Assembly (NCBI GenBank): GCA_965224705.1
Contig: OZ245056.1
Span: forward strand, 768,001 to 832,000
Direction: 5' to 3'
DNA from: Spirochaetaceae bacterium
Lineage (GTDB): Bacteria; Spirochaetota; Spirochaetia; DSM-2461
Length of the DNA: 64,000 bases
How positions within the stretch are numbered: the stretch's first letter is position 1; each line of letters starts with the position of its first letter. Both the position numbers and the translations under genes were made by a program. The notes beneath the pieces are model-generated. The model worked only from the letters and a program-made list of their open reading frames with translations. It searched no databases and had not been told where the DNA came from. Below are positions 18,972-28,919 of this stretch, in pieces.

Positions 18972-20327
18972 ATGCCTGTATACGTTAACAGATTGTTGAA
19001 TTTCAAAAAGATAAAGGTTGTAGGATTTGATATGGATTACACTCTTGCTGCCTATGATACAGATGATTTTGAAGGACTTGTGCATTCCCTTGCTATCAGG
19101 CGGCTGGTTGAGAAATATGGCTATCCGGAATCTGTCACAAAACTTAAATTTGAAAAGGAATGGGCCATCGTTGGATTGGTTATCGACCGACGTTACGGTA
19201 ATCTCCTCAAACTCAGCCGCTTCGGTAAAGTGAAGTTGGCCTTTCACGGTCTTGAACAAATTGACTATCGGGAGCATCAAGCTCTGTACCGGGAAAGGGT
19301 TATCGATCTCAAGGATCAGGACTTTCAAAGCCTTGACACGGCCTTTGCCATATCTCAGGGCGTTCTGTTTTCACAGATTGTCCAATTGAAAAAGGACGGT
19401 GCAAAACTGCCTGATTTCCGCTGCATTGATGCCGACATAAACCAGTGTATCGATTCTCTTCACAAGGATGGCATTCTCAAGGACATACTCAAGAAGGACT
19501 TTGATAAATATGTTGTCAGTAATCCTGAAACAGCAGCAATGCTCGAAATGCTGAAAGAGTATGGGAAAAAACTCATCATCATTACGAATTCGGATTACCA
19601 CTATACAAACATGCTTCTGGATTACAGCCTCAATCCTTATTGGAAGAAGCATAAAAACTGGCAGGACGTGTTTGACCTGGTTATCACACTGGCAGATAAA
19701 CCCCAATTCTTCAAAGAACACAATCGATTTCTCCGTGTTGACCCGGCAAGTGGTGCCATGTCCAATCACGAAGGTCCCGTTTCAACAGGGATATGGCAGG
19801 GCGGCTGGTTCGGTGATGTTCAGGAGGGTCTGGGTGTAGAGGGTAATGAAATACTCTATCTTGGCGACCATATCTATGGCGATGTGGTGTCCATAAAAAA
19901 ACGCTGCGACTGGCGCACCGGTCTCATTCTGGGAGGCATGGAAAAGGAGATTGAAGCCAACCGGTCAACACAGAAACTCCAGGCGGAAATTGACAGGCTT
20001 ATGAGTAAAAAATCCCTTCTGGAAAAAGAATCGGATAGAGCTGAGATGAAACGCCGCTCTGGGCGAAAGGCCCCCGTATCTCCAGACCATGGGGAAGAAC
20101 TGGACAGGCTGAACAATCAGATTTCCAGGCTGCTTGACGAACTTAAGAAGCATTATAATCCCTGGTGGGGAGAAATTTTCCGGGCTGGAAGTGAAGAGAG
20201 CCGATATGCCGATCAAGTTGAAAACTATGCCTGCATCTACATGACAAAAGTATCCGACATGGGGGAATACTCTCCTCGAACCTATTTCCGGCCGCGCCGC
20301 CGCCTGCTGGCTCACGAAGTCATTTAA
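18972..20327 (+). CDS. HAD-IG 5'-nucleotidase (cN-II family)
   Basis: GFDMDYTLA, ITNS, ADKP and YLGDHIYGDV motifs. Confidence 0.92.
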   Translation: MPVYVNRLLNFKKIKVVGFDMDYTLAAYDTDDFEGLVHSLAIRRLVEKYGYPESVTKLKFEKEWAIVGLVIDRRYGNLLKLSRFGKVKLAFHGLEQIDYREHQALYRERVIDLKDQDFQSLDTAFAISQGVLFSQIVQLKKDGAKLPDFRCIDADINQCIDSLHKDGILKDILKKDFDKYVVSNPETAAMLEMLKEYGKKLIIITNSDYHYTNMLLDYSLNPYWKKHKNWQDVFDLVITLADKPQFFKEHNRFLRVDPASGAMSNHEGPVSTGIWQGGWFGDVQEGLGVEGNEILYLGDHIYGDVVSIKKRCDWRTGLILGGMEKEIEANRSTQKLQAEIDRLMSKKSLLEKESDRAEMKRRSGRKAPVSPDHGEELDRLNNQISRLLDELKKHYNPWWGEIFRAGSEESRYADQVENYACIYMTKVSDMGEYSPRTYFRPRRRLLAHEVI

Positions 20328-20343
20328 AACTGGTTCTATTTCC

Positions 20344-22164
20344 CTATTTGGGCCATAGTTTCACATTGATGGTTAACAGGTGACGGAACATTTCTGAACC
20401 GGCGACTGCGGTGAAGTTGTTCTTGTTGCCATAGTGAGAGTCATACTCATACACAAAATTGTATTGTAGTGATAACTGGACAGGAGCAAACAATCCCCGC
20501 AGGTCCACTGAGCCGCCAAGAGAAAAAATGTGAAACCACTCATAGGTGCCGTCTTTAAGGAAATTTTTGGTGCCGGATGGATAATACGCACCATTGGGAT
20601 CACCGTCCGGACCGCCAACAGCATCATATCCCCAGGCGTCATAGGTACTCCCGTTGACATCCGAACCGCCATGGCGAATCAGCCGGTATGAGAAACCGGC
20701 TGTCCAGGCAGGGGATGGCTGTATATGAAAGGCTATAAGAAATTCATCTGAATTGGGTTCAAGGTATGAACCGAGATTTTCGCCATGATTCTGATAGCCT
20801 GTTTCCATTTCCAGGGTGGGATCATCCGGATCTGAGTAATACCATGGTGTTCCGCCGGTAGCATAGTGTGTGTATGTAAATGGTTCAATTTTTGTATACT
20901 GAAAGGTGAATAGAGACCAGATTCCCATAGGAACAGCGACCTTGATTCCTGCCTGAACAGCCATCTGATTTCGCAGATCGGACAACTGGAAGCCTGGCTT
21001 CCATTCATCAACCAGAACAGTTCCGTAAGTCCGAAAAATTCCCGGCCAGCTTAACGCTATTGTACCACCAAAAACAACATTGTCAAAATCCCCCACATTC
21101 CCCTGTGTGAGAAGTCTGGACATGAAAGGAAACATGTATCCCAATTCAAAGCGTCTCAGGTATACAATGCCATCGTAGAGACTTATGTACAACCACCGGG
21201 CTGGCCTGATTTCCAATTGAAAGAGACTCAGCATATTCTGCTGGACTTTTGATACTTCCCTGGGACCCACCGTATAGTTATCACCACCCTCAACCGATGG
21301 ATATTTATTTGATACAAAGGGGCTGTTCCGAAAACTTGGAGCAGATTCCAAACTGCCAAACAGAAACGTCATGCTTAACCATTTCCAGGGAGAAACAGTT
21401 CCCTCCAGCCCCATGAATGGACGAGCTTGCTTATCAAGGAAAAGATTTCCTTCTCCCAATCCCCAGTCCCGCCGCATTCGGCCAAATCTAAAGCCTACTC
21501 GATTCTCCCATGCCGATAAGACCAGTTCGGTATGCATTGCCCATCCCATGGACAATTTTCCCGGCATGAGATATTGAGGCGATGGGTCCGACAAATGTCG
21601 GACACTTCCATCCCAATTCTTGGAATAAGTATACGGTGCCCAGGCATAGGGGTAGGGAGCATTATCATCAATGTGGATCCTGTTTAATTGGAACTGCAGG
21701 TCAAATCCATAGGAAAGATATTTGCCCATATCACCACTGAAAATACCTTTAACACTGTTTTGAATACCAAACTGACTTGTATCATTAACATCAACGTTTG
21801 ATTGGTGTTCGGCATAAAACTGCCAGTTCAATGGAAATACATCATGCTCAATTCGAAGATCCCCATCCTTAAGAAAAGGTTCCTCTTTGTCTTTGCCAAA
21901 ACGATCCACGTAATCATCCAGCACTGATTTTTGTCCAGCCGAGAATTCATCTCTGAAGTCTCCTAATTGCTGAAGTGCTCTCTTTATCCGGGATCGGGGC
22001 AGAGGCCTTGCCGCTGGGAGAGGGTCAATCATTCCTGATATCTCAGCAATTTCAAGCAGCCTGTAAAGGCTTTCTTCTTCCATTGGAATAGAGTTATGTG
22101 TCTGCGCATTTATACTGACAGCAAAAAGATATGTCAATAACAGGATCAGAATAGTGTTTTTCAT
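20344..22164 (-). CDS. Wzi-like (capsule assembly) outer-membrane protein
   Basis: Signal peptide; FGR...[15 protein letters not shown] and LG..L.PNSDE motifs. Confidence 0.65.
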   Translation of the reverse strand: MKNTILILLLTYLFAVSINAQTHNSIPMEEESLYRLLEIAEISGMIDPLPAARPLPRSRIKRALQQLGDFRDEFSAGQKSVLDDYVDRFGKDKEEPFLKDGDLRIEHDVFPLNWQFYAEHQSNVDVNDTSQFGIQNSVKGIFSGDMGKYLSYGFDLQFQLNRIHIDDNAPYPYAWAPYTYSKNWDGSVRHLSDPSPQYLMPGKLSMGWAMHTELVLSAWENRVGFRFGRMRRDWGLGEGNLFLDKQARPFMGLEGTVSPWKWLSMTFLFGSLESAPSFRNSPFVSNKYPSVEGGDNYTVGPREVSKVQQNMLSLFQLEIRPARWLYISLYDGIVYLRRFELGYMFPFMSRLLTQGNVGDFDNVVFGGTIALSWPGIFRTYGTVLVDEWKPGFQLSDLRNQMAVQAGIKVAVPMGIWSLFTFQYTKIEPFTYTHYATGGTPWYYSDPDDPTLEMETGYQNHGENLGSYLEPNSDEFLIAFHIQPSPAWTAGFSYRLIRHGGSDVNGSTYDAWGYDAVGGPDGDPNGAYYPSGTKNFLKDGTYEWFHIFSLGGSVDLRGLFAPVQLSLQYNFVYEYDSHYGNKNNFTAVAGSEMFRHLLTINVKLWPK

Positions 22165-22253
22165 TGTTTACATCCTTTAATACTATAGAAATGTTATCAT
22201 TTTTATTCAAGAGATCTTCCCGTTCAGCCCGCTTAGACGCTACCATATCTCCC

Positions 22254-24779
22254 ATGAGCAGCTATCCATTTAAAGATATAGAACCCAGATGGCAAAAATA
22301 CTGGGACACGAACAAAACCTTCAAGGTAACAGAAGACGCATCTATTCCCAAAGATAAGCGATGCTACGTTCTGGATATGTTCCCCTACCCATCTGGAGCA
22401 GGATTGCATGTAGGGCATCCTGAAGGATATACCGCTACAGACATTTACTGCCGTTATCTGCGAATGAAGGGATTCAATGTGCTTCATCCCATGGGATATG
22501 ATTCCTTTGGACTTCCTGCCGAAAACTATGCAATTAGAACTGGAACTCCTCCCCAGAGTTCCACCGAAAACAATATCAGGCATTTTACACAGCAGATCAA
22601 GAGTCTGGGCTTCAGTTATGACTGGGACAGGGAAGTTCAAACCCATACTCAGGAATACTATCGGTGGACTCAGTGGATATTTCTTCAACTGTATAAAAAG
22701 GGATTGGCGTATGAAAGTGATATGCCCATCAACTGGTGTTCCAGCTGCAAAACAGGCCTTGCCAATGAAGAAGTGAAGGATGGTAAATGTGAACGCTGCA
22801 GCAGTACTGTTGAACGGCGCAGGATCCGGCAGTGGGTTTTAAAGATTACATCGTATGCAGAAGAACTGCTCAACGATCTTGATGATCTTGATTGGCCGGA
22901 ATCAATAAAATCCATGCAGCGCAACTGGATCGGCCGATCTGAAGGAGCCAATGTTACATTCCTGCTTGCAGGAAAAGCAGCAGACCAGGGACAGCTTGAC
23001 GTCTATACCACACGGCCGGATACCCTTTTCGGAGCAACTTACATGGTATTGGCACCGGAACACCCCCTGGTGAGAAAGATTTGTACCGCCGATCAGAAAA
23101 GTTCCGTTGAATCCTACATTGAGAAGGCAAATCGCAAGAGTGACCTGGAACGCACCGATCTAGCCAGAGAAAAAACCGGTGTGTTTACCGGAGCCTTCGC
23201 CGTGAATCCTGTCAATGGCTTGAATATCCCTATCTGGATTTCTGATTACATTCTTATTTCCTATGGAACCGGGGCCATTATGGCTGTTCCAGGACATGAT
23301 CAAAGGGATTGGGAGTTTGCCAGAGAGTTCAATCTTCCCATTATCGAGGTACTCCAGGGGGGAGATATAACAAAAGAGGCCTTTGTCGGGGACGGACCCC
23401 ATATCAATTCTGACTACCTGAACGGCATGGGTAAAGAGGAAGCCATTGATACAATTATTGAGAGACTTGAAGAAGACGGGAAGGGGTTTCGTACAATTAA
23501 TTACAAACTCAGGGATTGGATCTTCAGCCGACAGCGATACTGGGGCGAACCCATTCCCCTTATTCATTGTCCTGACGATGGCATTGTACCCGTCCCCGAA
23601 GATGAACTTCCTCTCAGACTGCCTGAAGTGAAAAAATATGAACCTTCCGGTACGGGAGAGAGTCCCCTGGCAACGATCGATGAGTGGGTGAACTGTCTTT
23701 GTCCGGTATGCGGCGGAGCGGCAAAACGGGAAACCAATACGATGCCCCAATGGGCTGGTTCCTGCTGGTACTATCTCCGTTACATTGATCCGCACAACGA
23801 GAAAAACTTTGTTGATCCGGATAAGGAAAAGTACTGGATGCCTGTTGACCTTTATGTTGGGGGTGCGGAACATGCGGTGCTCCACCTGCTCTATGCCCGA
23901 TTCTGGCATAAGGTTCTTCATGAATTGGGATTTGTCTCGACATCGGAACCATTCCAGCGTCTCATCAATCAAGGAATGATCACCTCCTTTGCCTACATGC
24001 GCAAGGATAAGACCCTGCTTCCTCTGGATGAAGTAACCATCAATGGTGGTTCATACACGGAGACGTCTACGGGGGAAGTCTTACAACAGGTTGTCGCCAA
24101 GATGTCCAAGACGTTGAAAAATGTAATCAATCCCGATGACATTATCAGTCGATTTGGGGCCGATTCCATGAGGATGTACGAAATGTTTATGGGCCCTCTG
24201 GAAGTATCCATGCCCTGGCAGACTCAAGGCCTGGTCGGTATTCATCGTTTTCTTAACAGAGTGTGGGATGTGGCCACCCGACCCATGACTGATGACGAAC
24301 TGTCTTTGTCACAAACGAAAATCCTGAACAAAACCCTGAAGAAAGTTGGAACAGATACAGCTTCGCTTAACTTCAACACCGCCATTGCCCAGATGATGAT
24401 CTTCATCAATGAGATTTACAGCGAAAAAACCTGCCGGAGAAAGCTGTGGGAACCCTTTGTTCTCATACTTGCTCCGTATGCCCCCCACCTTGGTGAGGAG
24501 ATGTGGCGTATGCTCGGTCATAAAAACACTCTGGCGCACGAGAACTATCCGAACTGGGATGAATCCTGCACTGTTGATGATGAGAAAGAAGTGGTACTCC
24601 AGGTTAACGGCAGGGTGAGATCCCGAATCGTTGCGGCTGCGGGAACATCCGGGACCGAATTGGAGAAACTTGCAGCGGCCGATGAAAAAATCAAAGTCTG
24701 GCTGTCAGGTAAAAATGTGGTTAAAACAGTCACTGTTCCTGACCGTCTGGTTAACTTCGTGGTTAAGAATTCCTGGTGA
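22254..24779 (+). CDS. leuS: Leucine--tRNA ligase
   Basis: [25 protein letters not shown] and QVNG motifs; ATG at 22254. Confidence 0.98.
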   Translation: MSSYPFKDIEPRWQKYWDTNKTFKVTEDASIPKDKRCYVLDMFPYPSGAGLHVGHPEGYTATDIYCRYLRMKGFNVLHPMGYDSFGLPAENYAIRTGTPPQSSTENNIRHFTQQIKSLGFSYDWDREVQTHTQEYYRWTQWIFLQLYKKGLAYESDMPINWCSSCKTGLANEEVKDGKCERCSSTVERRRIRQWVLKITSYAEELLNDLDDLDWPESIKSMQRNWIGRSEGANVTFLLAGKAADQGQLDVYTTRPDTLFGATYMVLAPEHPLVRKICTADQKSSVESYIEKANRKSDLERTDLAREKTGVFTGAFAVNPVNGLNIPIWISDYILISYGTGAIMAVPGHDQRDWEFAREFNLPIIEVLQGGDITKEAFVGDGPHINSDYLNGMGKEEAIDTIIERLEEDGKGFRTINYKLRDWIFSRQRYWGEPIPLIHCPDDGIVPVPEDELPLRLPEVKKYEPSGTGESPLATIDEWVNCLCPVCGGAAKRETNTMPQWAGSCWYYLRYIDPHNEKNFVDPDKEKYWMPVDLYVGGAEHAVLHLLYARFWHKVLHELGFVSTSEPFQRLINQGMITSFAYMRKDKTLLPLDEVTINGGSYTETSTGEVLQQVVAKMSKTLKNVINPDDIISRFGADSMRMYEMFMGPLEVSMPWQTQGLVGIHRFLNRVWDVATRPMTDDELSLSQTKILNKTLKKVGTDTASLNFNTAIAQMMIFINEIYSEKTCRRKLWEPFVLILAPYAPHLGEEMWRMLGHKNTLAHENYPNWDESCTVDDEKEVVLQVNGRVRSRIVAAAGTSGTELEKLAAADEKIKVWLSGKNVVKTVTVPDRLVNFVVKNSW

Positions 24780-24802
24780 CAGAAAGCTTGTTGTAACCTG
24801 GT
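24776..24802 (+). repeat. Solo terminal repeat of the GAGTGTCAGAAAGCTTGTT family, overlapping the leuS stop codon
   Basis: GTGACAGAAAGCTTGTTGTAACCTGGT; 25/27 identical to the reverse complement of 687-713. Confidence 0.7.
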
Positions 24803-24826
24803 TTATCGATTTTGTTTTCAGGCTGA

Positions 24827-25897
24827 ATGAAAATGGCTGAAGTATTCCCTTCCATCCGTGATATTCGCCTCCTTCTCAAATGGTTTGACGGCTATGGCAC
24901 GAACTATCCCTGGTCAGCGGAAACAGGCACGGCACCAGACCCCTATGCCGTATGGATTTCCGAAGTCATGCTGCAGCAGACGACTGTTGCGGCTGTCCTG
25001 CCGCGGTACAAGCGGTGGATGGATCGATTCCCTGCAATTGAGACTCTTGCTCAAGCTTCGAGAGATGAAGTCTTTCGGGAATGGGAGGGATTGGGGTATT
25101 ACTCAAGGGCTGGAAATCTCCATTCAGCCGCCCGGGAAATCAAACAGAAGTATGGCAGCCGAATACCTGAATCGGTATCAGAACTCAGAGAACTGCCGGG
25201 AATAGGCGAATACATTGCATCGGCAGTAGCATCTTTTGCCTTTGGCAAAAAGATCCTCACGATAGAGGCCAATGGACGCCGCATCGTTCAGAGATTGACG
25301 GCCTCGGAAAAATGGGATCGAAACCTGGAACGGATATTTCGGAATGCAGCCGAGCAGAACATGCCGAACCATCATTCTGGTAAATTCAATGCCTCTCTGA
25401 TGCAATTTGGTCAAAAAGTATGCCTGCCGGGAAAACCAAAATGCGACCAATGCCCTTTCGCCCAGCGCTGTGAAGCGAACTCGCTGAATCTACAGGAAGC
25501 AATTCCAGTACGGCACCGACCGACAAGAATCAATAAAACCACGAATCTGGCCCTTGCCATGCAGGGCGGGGAGGTCTGGATAAGGATCCGTTCATCGGGT
25601 ATTGCCGCCGGTCTCTGGGGCTTCCCTGAAACGGCAGAACTGTCCCGGCCGGAAGAGTGGGTCCCCGCAGAATGCCTGAGCACACAGATTCATTCATATA
25701 CACGATACAGAGATAAACTGCAGCCGACGATTTACCTTAAGAATCCGAATTCAAACTGTGGAGAAGCAACGCCGCCGACTCCAGCAGGACAATGGATCAA
25801 TGTTAAAGATTTAGATGACTTTGGAATGCCCACCGCACATCGATCCATTGCCAGGAACTTGTCCTTATATCTGAAATCAACAATAATAGACCCATGA
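24827..25897 (+). CDS. mutY: A/G-specific adenine glycosylase
   Basis: WISEVMLQQT, WEGLGYYSRA, LPGIG HhH and CX6CX2CX5C Fe-S motifs. Confidence 0.9.
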   Translation: MKMAEVFPSIRDIRLLLKWFDGYGTNYPWSAETGTAPDPYAVWISEVMLQQTTVAAVLPRYKRWMDRFPAIETLAQASRDEVFREWEGLGYYSRAGNLHSAAREIKQKYGSRIPESVSELRELPGIGEYIASAVASFAFGKKILTIEANGRRIVQRLTASEKWDRNLERIFRNAAEQNMPNHHSGKFNASLMQFGQKVCLPGKPKCDQCPFAQRCEANSLNLQEAIPVRHRPTRINKTTNLALAMQGGEVWIRIRSSGIAAGLWGFPETAELSRPEEWVPAECLSTQIHSYTRYRDKLQPTIYLKNPNSNCGEATPPTPAGQWINVKDLDDFGMPTAHRSIARNLSLYLKSTIIDP

Positions 25898-26892
25898 GAA
25901 TAAAAAAGATGTTTCTCGCATTGTTTTCGATATCGCTGGTACTCGCTTCATGTGCTTCGATAAAAAAATCAGCCATTCGCTCTGTAGCGGATATGCTGTC
26001 CTCCAGCGAAGGAGGCAGTGCCTTTACATCGGATGATGATCCGCAGCTTATAGCAGAGTCCCTCCCCCTGGCCTTGAAGCTGTATGAGATTCTTCTGGCT
26101 TATGATCCGGAGAATGCCGATCTGGCGGCTGCAGCAGGTCGAAACTTCACCATGTACTCTGGAGCCTTCGTACAGATGCCGGCAGATATGCTGGATGATG
26201 AGCAGTGGAACGAAGCAGATATCGCCCGTAAACGGGCAAAAAAACTCTTCCGCCGGGGCCGTGACTACCTTCTGCAGGCATTGGAGATGAATCATGATGG
26301 CTTCATGGATTCACTGGATAGTGGTGAATACGATAGTGCCATCATGAAGCTTGAACAGACAGATGCATCGACAGCGTTCTGGGCTGGATTGGCCTGGCTG
26401 GGCATGGCCAGTACCGACCCCTTTGACCTGGAACTCGCAACAACTCTTGACAGGGCCATCCTGCTTCTGTACAGGTCTCTGGAGCTGGAAGAAGCCAATC
26501 CCGGGCTTCATGATGCCATGATACAGGTTCAGATGGCATTGCCATCCGCCATGATATCCGCCATGAGGGAGAGAAGTCCATCTGCTGCTGTCTTCATGGA
26601 TGAGTATTACAGAAGCAATGGTGTCAGCGAAGAGCCCCTGAAACGGGCTTTTTTCCATTATTACAGAGCTCTTTCCCTGTACGAGGATACAAGTCCCTCC
26701 CCTCACATAACAATGGCCACTGCTGTAACGATTAAAGAGCAGGATGCTGAAGGCTTCAGAGATTACTTAGCCAAAGCCCTGACTATTGATCCTGAGGCCA
26801 GCCCTGACACACGGCTGATGACTATTCTTTACCAGGAGAAAGCCCGGTGGCTTCTGGATAATATTGAAAGTTTTTTCCTGGTAGATTTCTAA
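25894..26892 (+). CDS. TRAP transporter TatT component (TPAT lipoprotein)
   Basis: Lipobox LASC, DDDPQLIAESLP..LK and C-terminal KARWLL..IE.FF; first gene before dctP. Confidence 0.85.
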   Translation: MRIKKMFLALFSISLVLASCASIKKSAIRSVADMLSSSEGGSAFTSDDDPQLIAESLPLALKLYEILLAYDPENADLAAAAGRNFTMYSGAFVQMPADMLDDEQWNEADIARKRAKKLFRRGRDYLLQALEMNHDGFMDSLDSGEYDSAIMKLEQTDASTAFWAGLAWLGMASTDPFDLELATTLDRAILLLYRSLELEEANPGLHDAMIQVQMALPSAMISAMRERSPSAAVFMDEYYRSNGVSEEPLKRAFFHYYRALSLYEDTSPSPHITMATAVTIKEQDAEGFRDYLAKALTIDPEASPDTRLMTILYQEKARWLLDNIESFFLVDF

Positions 26893-27890
26893 TGAAAACA
26901 TCACTTCGCAGATTCATCATGACAGCTTCATTGATTGTTTTTTTCACCTCACCGACAGCCAGTTTAACACTGAAACTGGCCAGCCCCTTTCCTGAAGGAT
27001 CGGCCTGGGATACCAGCCTGAAACGCCTGGCCGGTCAGTGGCAGAAAATCTCCGGCGGAAAAATACGTATGCGCATTTATCCCGGTAGTGTTGCCGGAAG
27101 TGAGGGGGATATGATACGCAAAATGCGCTTTGGTCAGGTCGATATTGCTGTACTGACCACATTTGGAATGAAGAGCATTGTCCCCAATTCTTTTGTAATG
27201 ACTCTGCCGGGAATTCTTCAATCTGAAGATGAACTGGATTATGCCGTAGCTGAATTTGCTCCACGGTTCAATGAAAGCTTCATCTCGAAAGGATTTCGAG
27301 TACTTGTGTGGTCGAAAACAGGCTGGGCCTATTTTTTTACTGCCGATCAAATACGGACACCTGATCAATTGCAGAAAGAAAGATTATCAGTCAGCAATAC
27401 AGATGAGGAACTGGCGGCAAATTTCAAGGCATTGGATTTCAATGTTGTACCCATGGCCCTTGGAGAGGTAATGGTGGCATTGCAGAGCGGAATGGCAACC
27501 GCTGCCTACGGCCCTCCTCTTGCGGCCGCAGCATACCAGTGGTTCTCTCAAATCCCCTACATGCTGAGTTTCAGGCTTGCACCAGTGATGGGCGGCATCG
27601 TTATCAGCGAAAAAACCTGGCAGCGTATACCCGGCCAGTTCCATGAAGAATTCCTGAAAGCCATACAAAAAGTTGCCCTTGATTTTCAACATGAATCCAA
27701 TCGGTTGAACAAAGAAGCAATGAAAGTGATGCAAAAGCACAATCTTACAGTTACAGAACTGACTGAGGCGGAACTTGAGGACTGGCATCAAGTTTTTACA
27801 GAGGGGCATTCCCTTCTGGTGGGTGATAATAAATGGATTGATGAAAAGGTGTACAACGATTTCATCGAAAGTCTTGAAGATTTGAGGTAA
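26892..27890 (+). CDS. dctP: TRAP substrate-binding protein DctP (TatP-type), copy 1
   Basis: KLASPFPEGSAW, YPGSVAGSEGDMIRKMRFGQ and ALQSG motifs. Confidence 0.9.
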   Translation: MKTSLRRFIMTASLIVFFTSPTASLTLKLASPFPEGSAWDTSLKRLAGQWQKISGGKIRMRIYPGSVAGSEGDMIRKMRFGQVDIAVLTTFGMKSIVPNSFVMTLPGILQSEDELDYAVAEFAPRFNESFISKGFRVLVWSKTGWAYFFTADQIRTPDQLQKERLSVSNTDEELAANFKALDFNVVPMALGEVMVALQSGMATAAYGPPLAAAAYQWFSQIPYMLSFRLAPVMGGIVISEKTWQRIPGQFHEEFLKAIQKVALDFQHESNRLNKEAMKVMQKHNLTVTELTEAELEDWHQVFTEGHSLLVGDNKWIDEKVYNDFIESLEDLR

Positions 27891-27893
27891 TCA

Positions 27894-28919
27894 ATGATCA
27901 ATAAATACACAGAAAAGCTTTCCCAGTATCTGCGAAAAGCAGGTTTTGTCCTTGTATTGCTAACCATCACCCCAATGGCAATGCGGGCCGTTACAATAAA
28001 ACTGGCCAGCCCGCTGCCGGAAGGTTCCACATGGCACACCGATTTGCTCCGCATGGCCGATGAATGGCGGACTATCAGCAATGGGAAAGTACGTCTTCGC
28101 ATATATCCTGGCAACATCGCCGGCAGTGAAGCTGATATGATCCGCAAAATGCGTTTTGGCCAACTTGACGCCGGCATATTCACAGCTTTTGGATTAAAAT
28201 CCATGGTCCCGGAAACCTTTGTTGTTACCCTGCCGGGACTCATACAGACGGAAAAGGAACTTGATTATGTCCTGGATAACTGGGTAGAACAATTCGATGA
28301 GAGATTCAGGGAGGAAGGATTTGAATTGATGACCTGGTCCAAGACTGGCTGGGCCTATATGTTCGGTCCTGAACCGCTGAAAATCCCGGCAGATCTTCAA
28401 AAATACACTCTGGCCATTGACAACACAGAAACAGAAATGGCCGTTGCATTCAAAACACTGGGATTCCATGTCGCACCTGTGTCTCTGGGGGAAATAATGG
28501 TATCCCTGCAGAGTGGTTTAGTTGACGCTTTCTATGCTCCACCGATTGCAGCAGCCGCTTTTCAATGGTTTGCTCTGGCACCCTATGCGACAGAATACCG
28601 GGTGGCCCCGGTTGTGGGGGGTGTTGTTCTTTCCCAGCGATCCTGGAAACGAATCCCCAGGGAGTTTCACGCAGAAATCAAAGCCTCCGTCTTTAGAATG
28701 ACCCGGGAATTTCATAACGAATCTCTACGCCTCAATAGTGAAGCTCTCCGAATCATGGAAGAGAATGGCCTGAAACGCATAAGTATCAGCCCGGAAGAAG
28801 TCAGCCAGTGGACCGACAAGATGTTTGAGGGTCATCTATTGATGACAGGTGATAACAAGTCGATTCCCTTCAGTGTCTATGAGGACCTTCAGTCAGTATT
28901 GGATGGCATGAGGAATTGA
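27894..28919 (+). CDS. dctP: TRAP substrate-binding protein DctP (TatP-type), copy 2
   Basis: Same motifs as copy 1: KLASPLPEGSTW, AGSEADMIRKMRFGQ. Confidence 0.9.
   Translation: MINKYTEKLSQYLRKAGFVLVLLTITPMAMRAVTIKLASPLPEGSTWHTDLLRMADEWRTISNGKVRLRIYPGNIAGSEADMIRKMRFGQLDAGIFTAFGLKSMVPETFVVTLPGLIQTEKELDYVLDNWVEQFDERFREEGFELMTWSKTGWAYMFGPEPLKIPADLQKYTLAIDNTETEMAVAFKTLGFHVAPVSLGEIMVSLQSGLVDAFYAPPIAAAAFQWFALAPYATEYRVAPVVGGVVLSQRSWKRIPREFHAEIKASVFRMTREFHNESLRLNSEALRIMEENGLKRISISPEEVSQWTDKMFEGHLLMTGDNKSIPFSVYEDLQSVLDGMRN

Noticed and set aside
22164..22253. Extended leuS N-terminus from TTG 22164
   Set aside because: It spans the divergent promoter gap; LeuS homology begins at MSSYPF.
23160..23972. 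Long antisense ORFs (also 2065..2673, 45153..45683 and others)
   Set aside because: They are shadows of well-supported genes on the opposite strand and carry no motifs.
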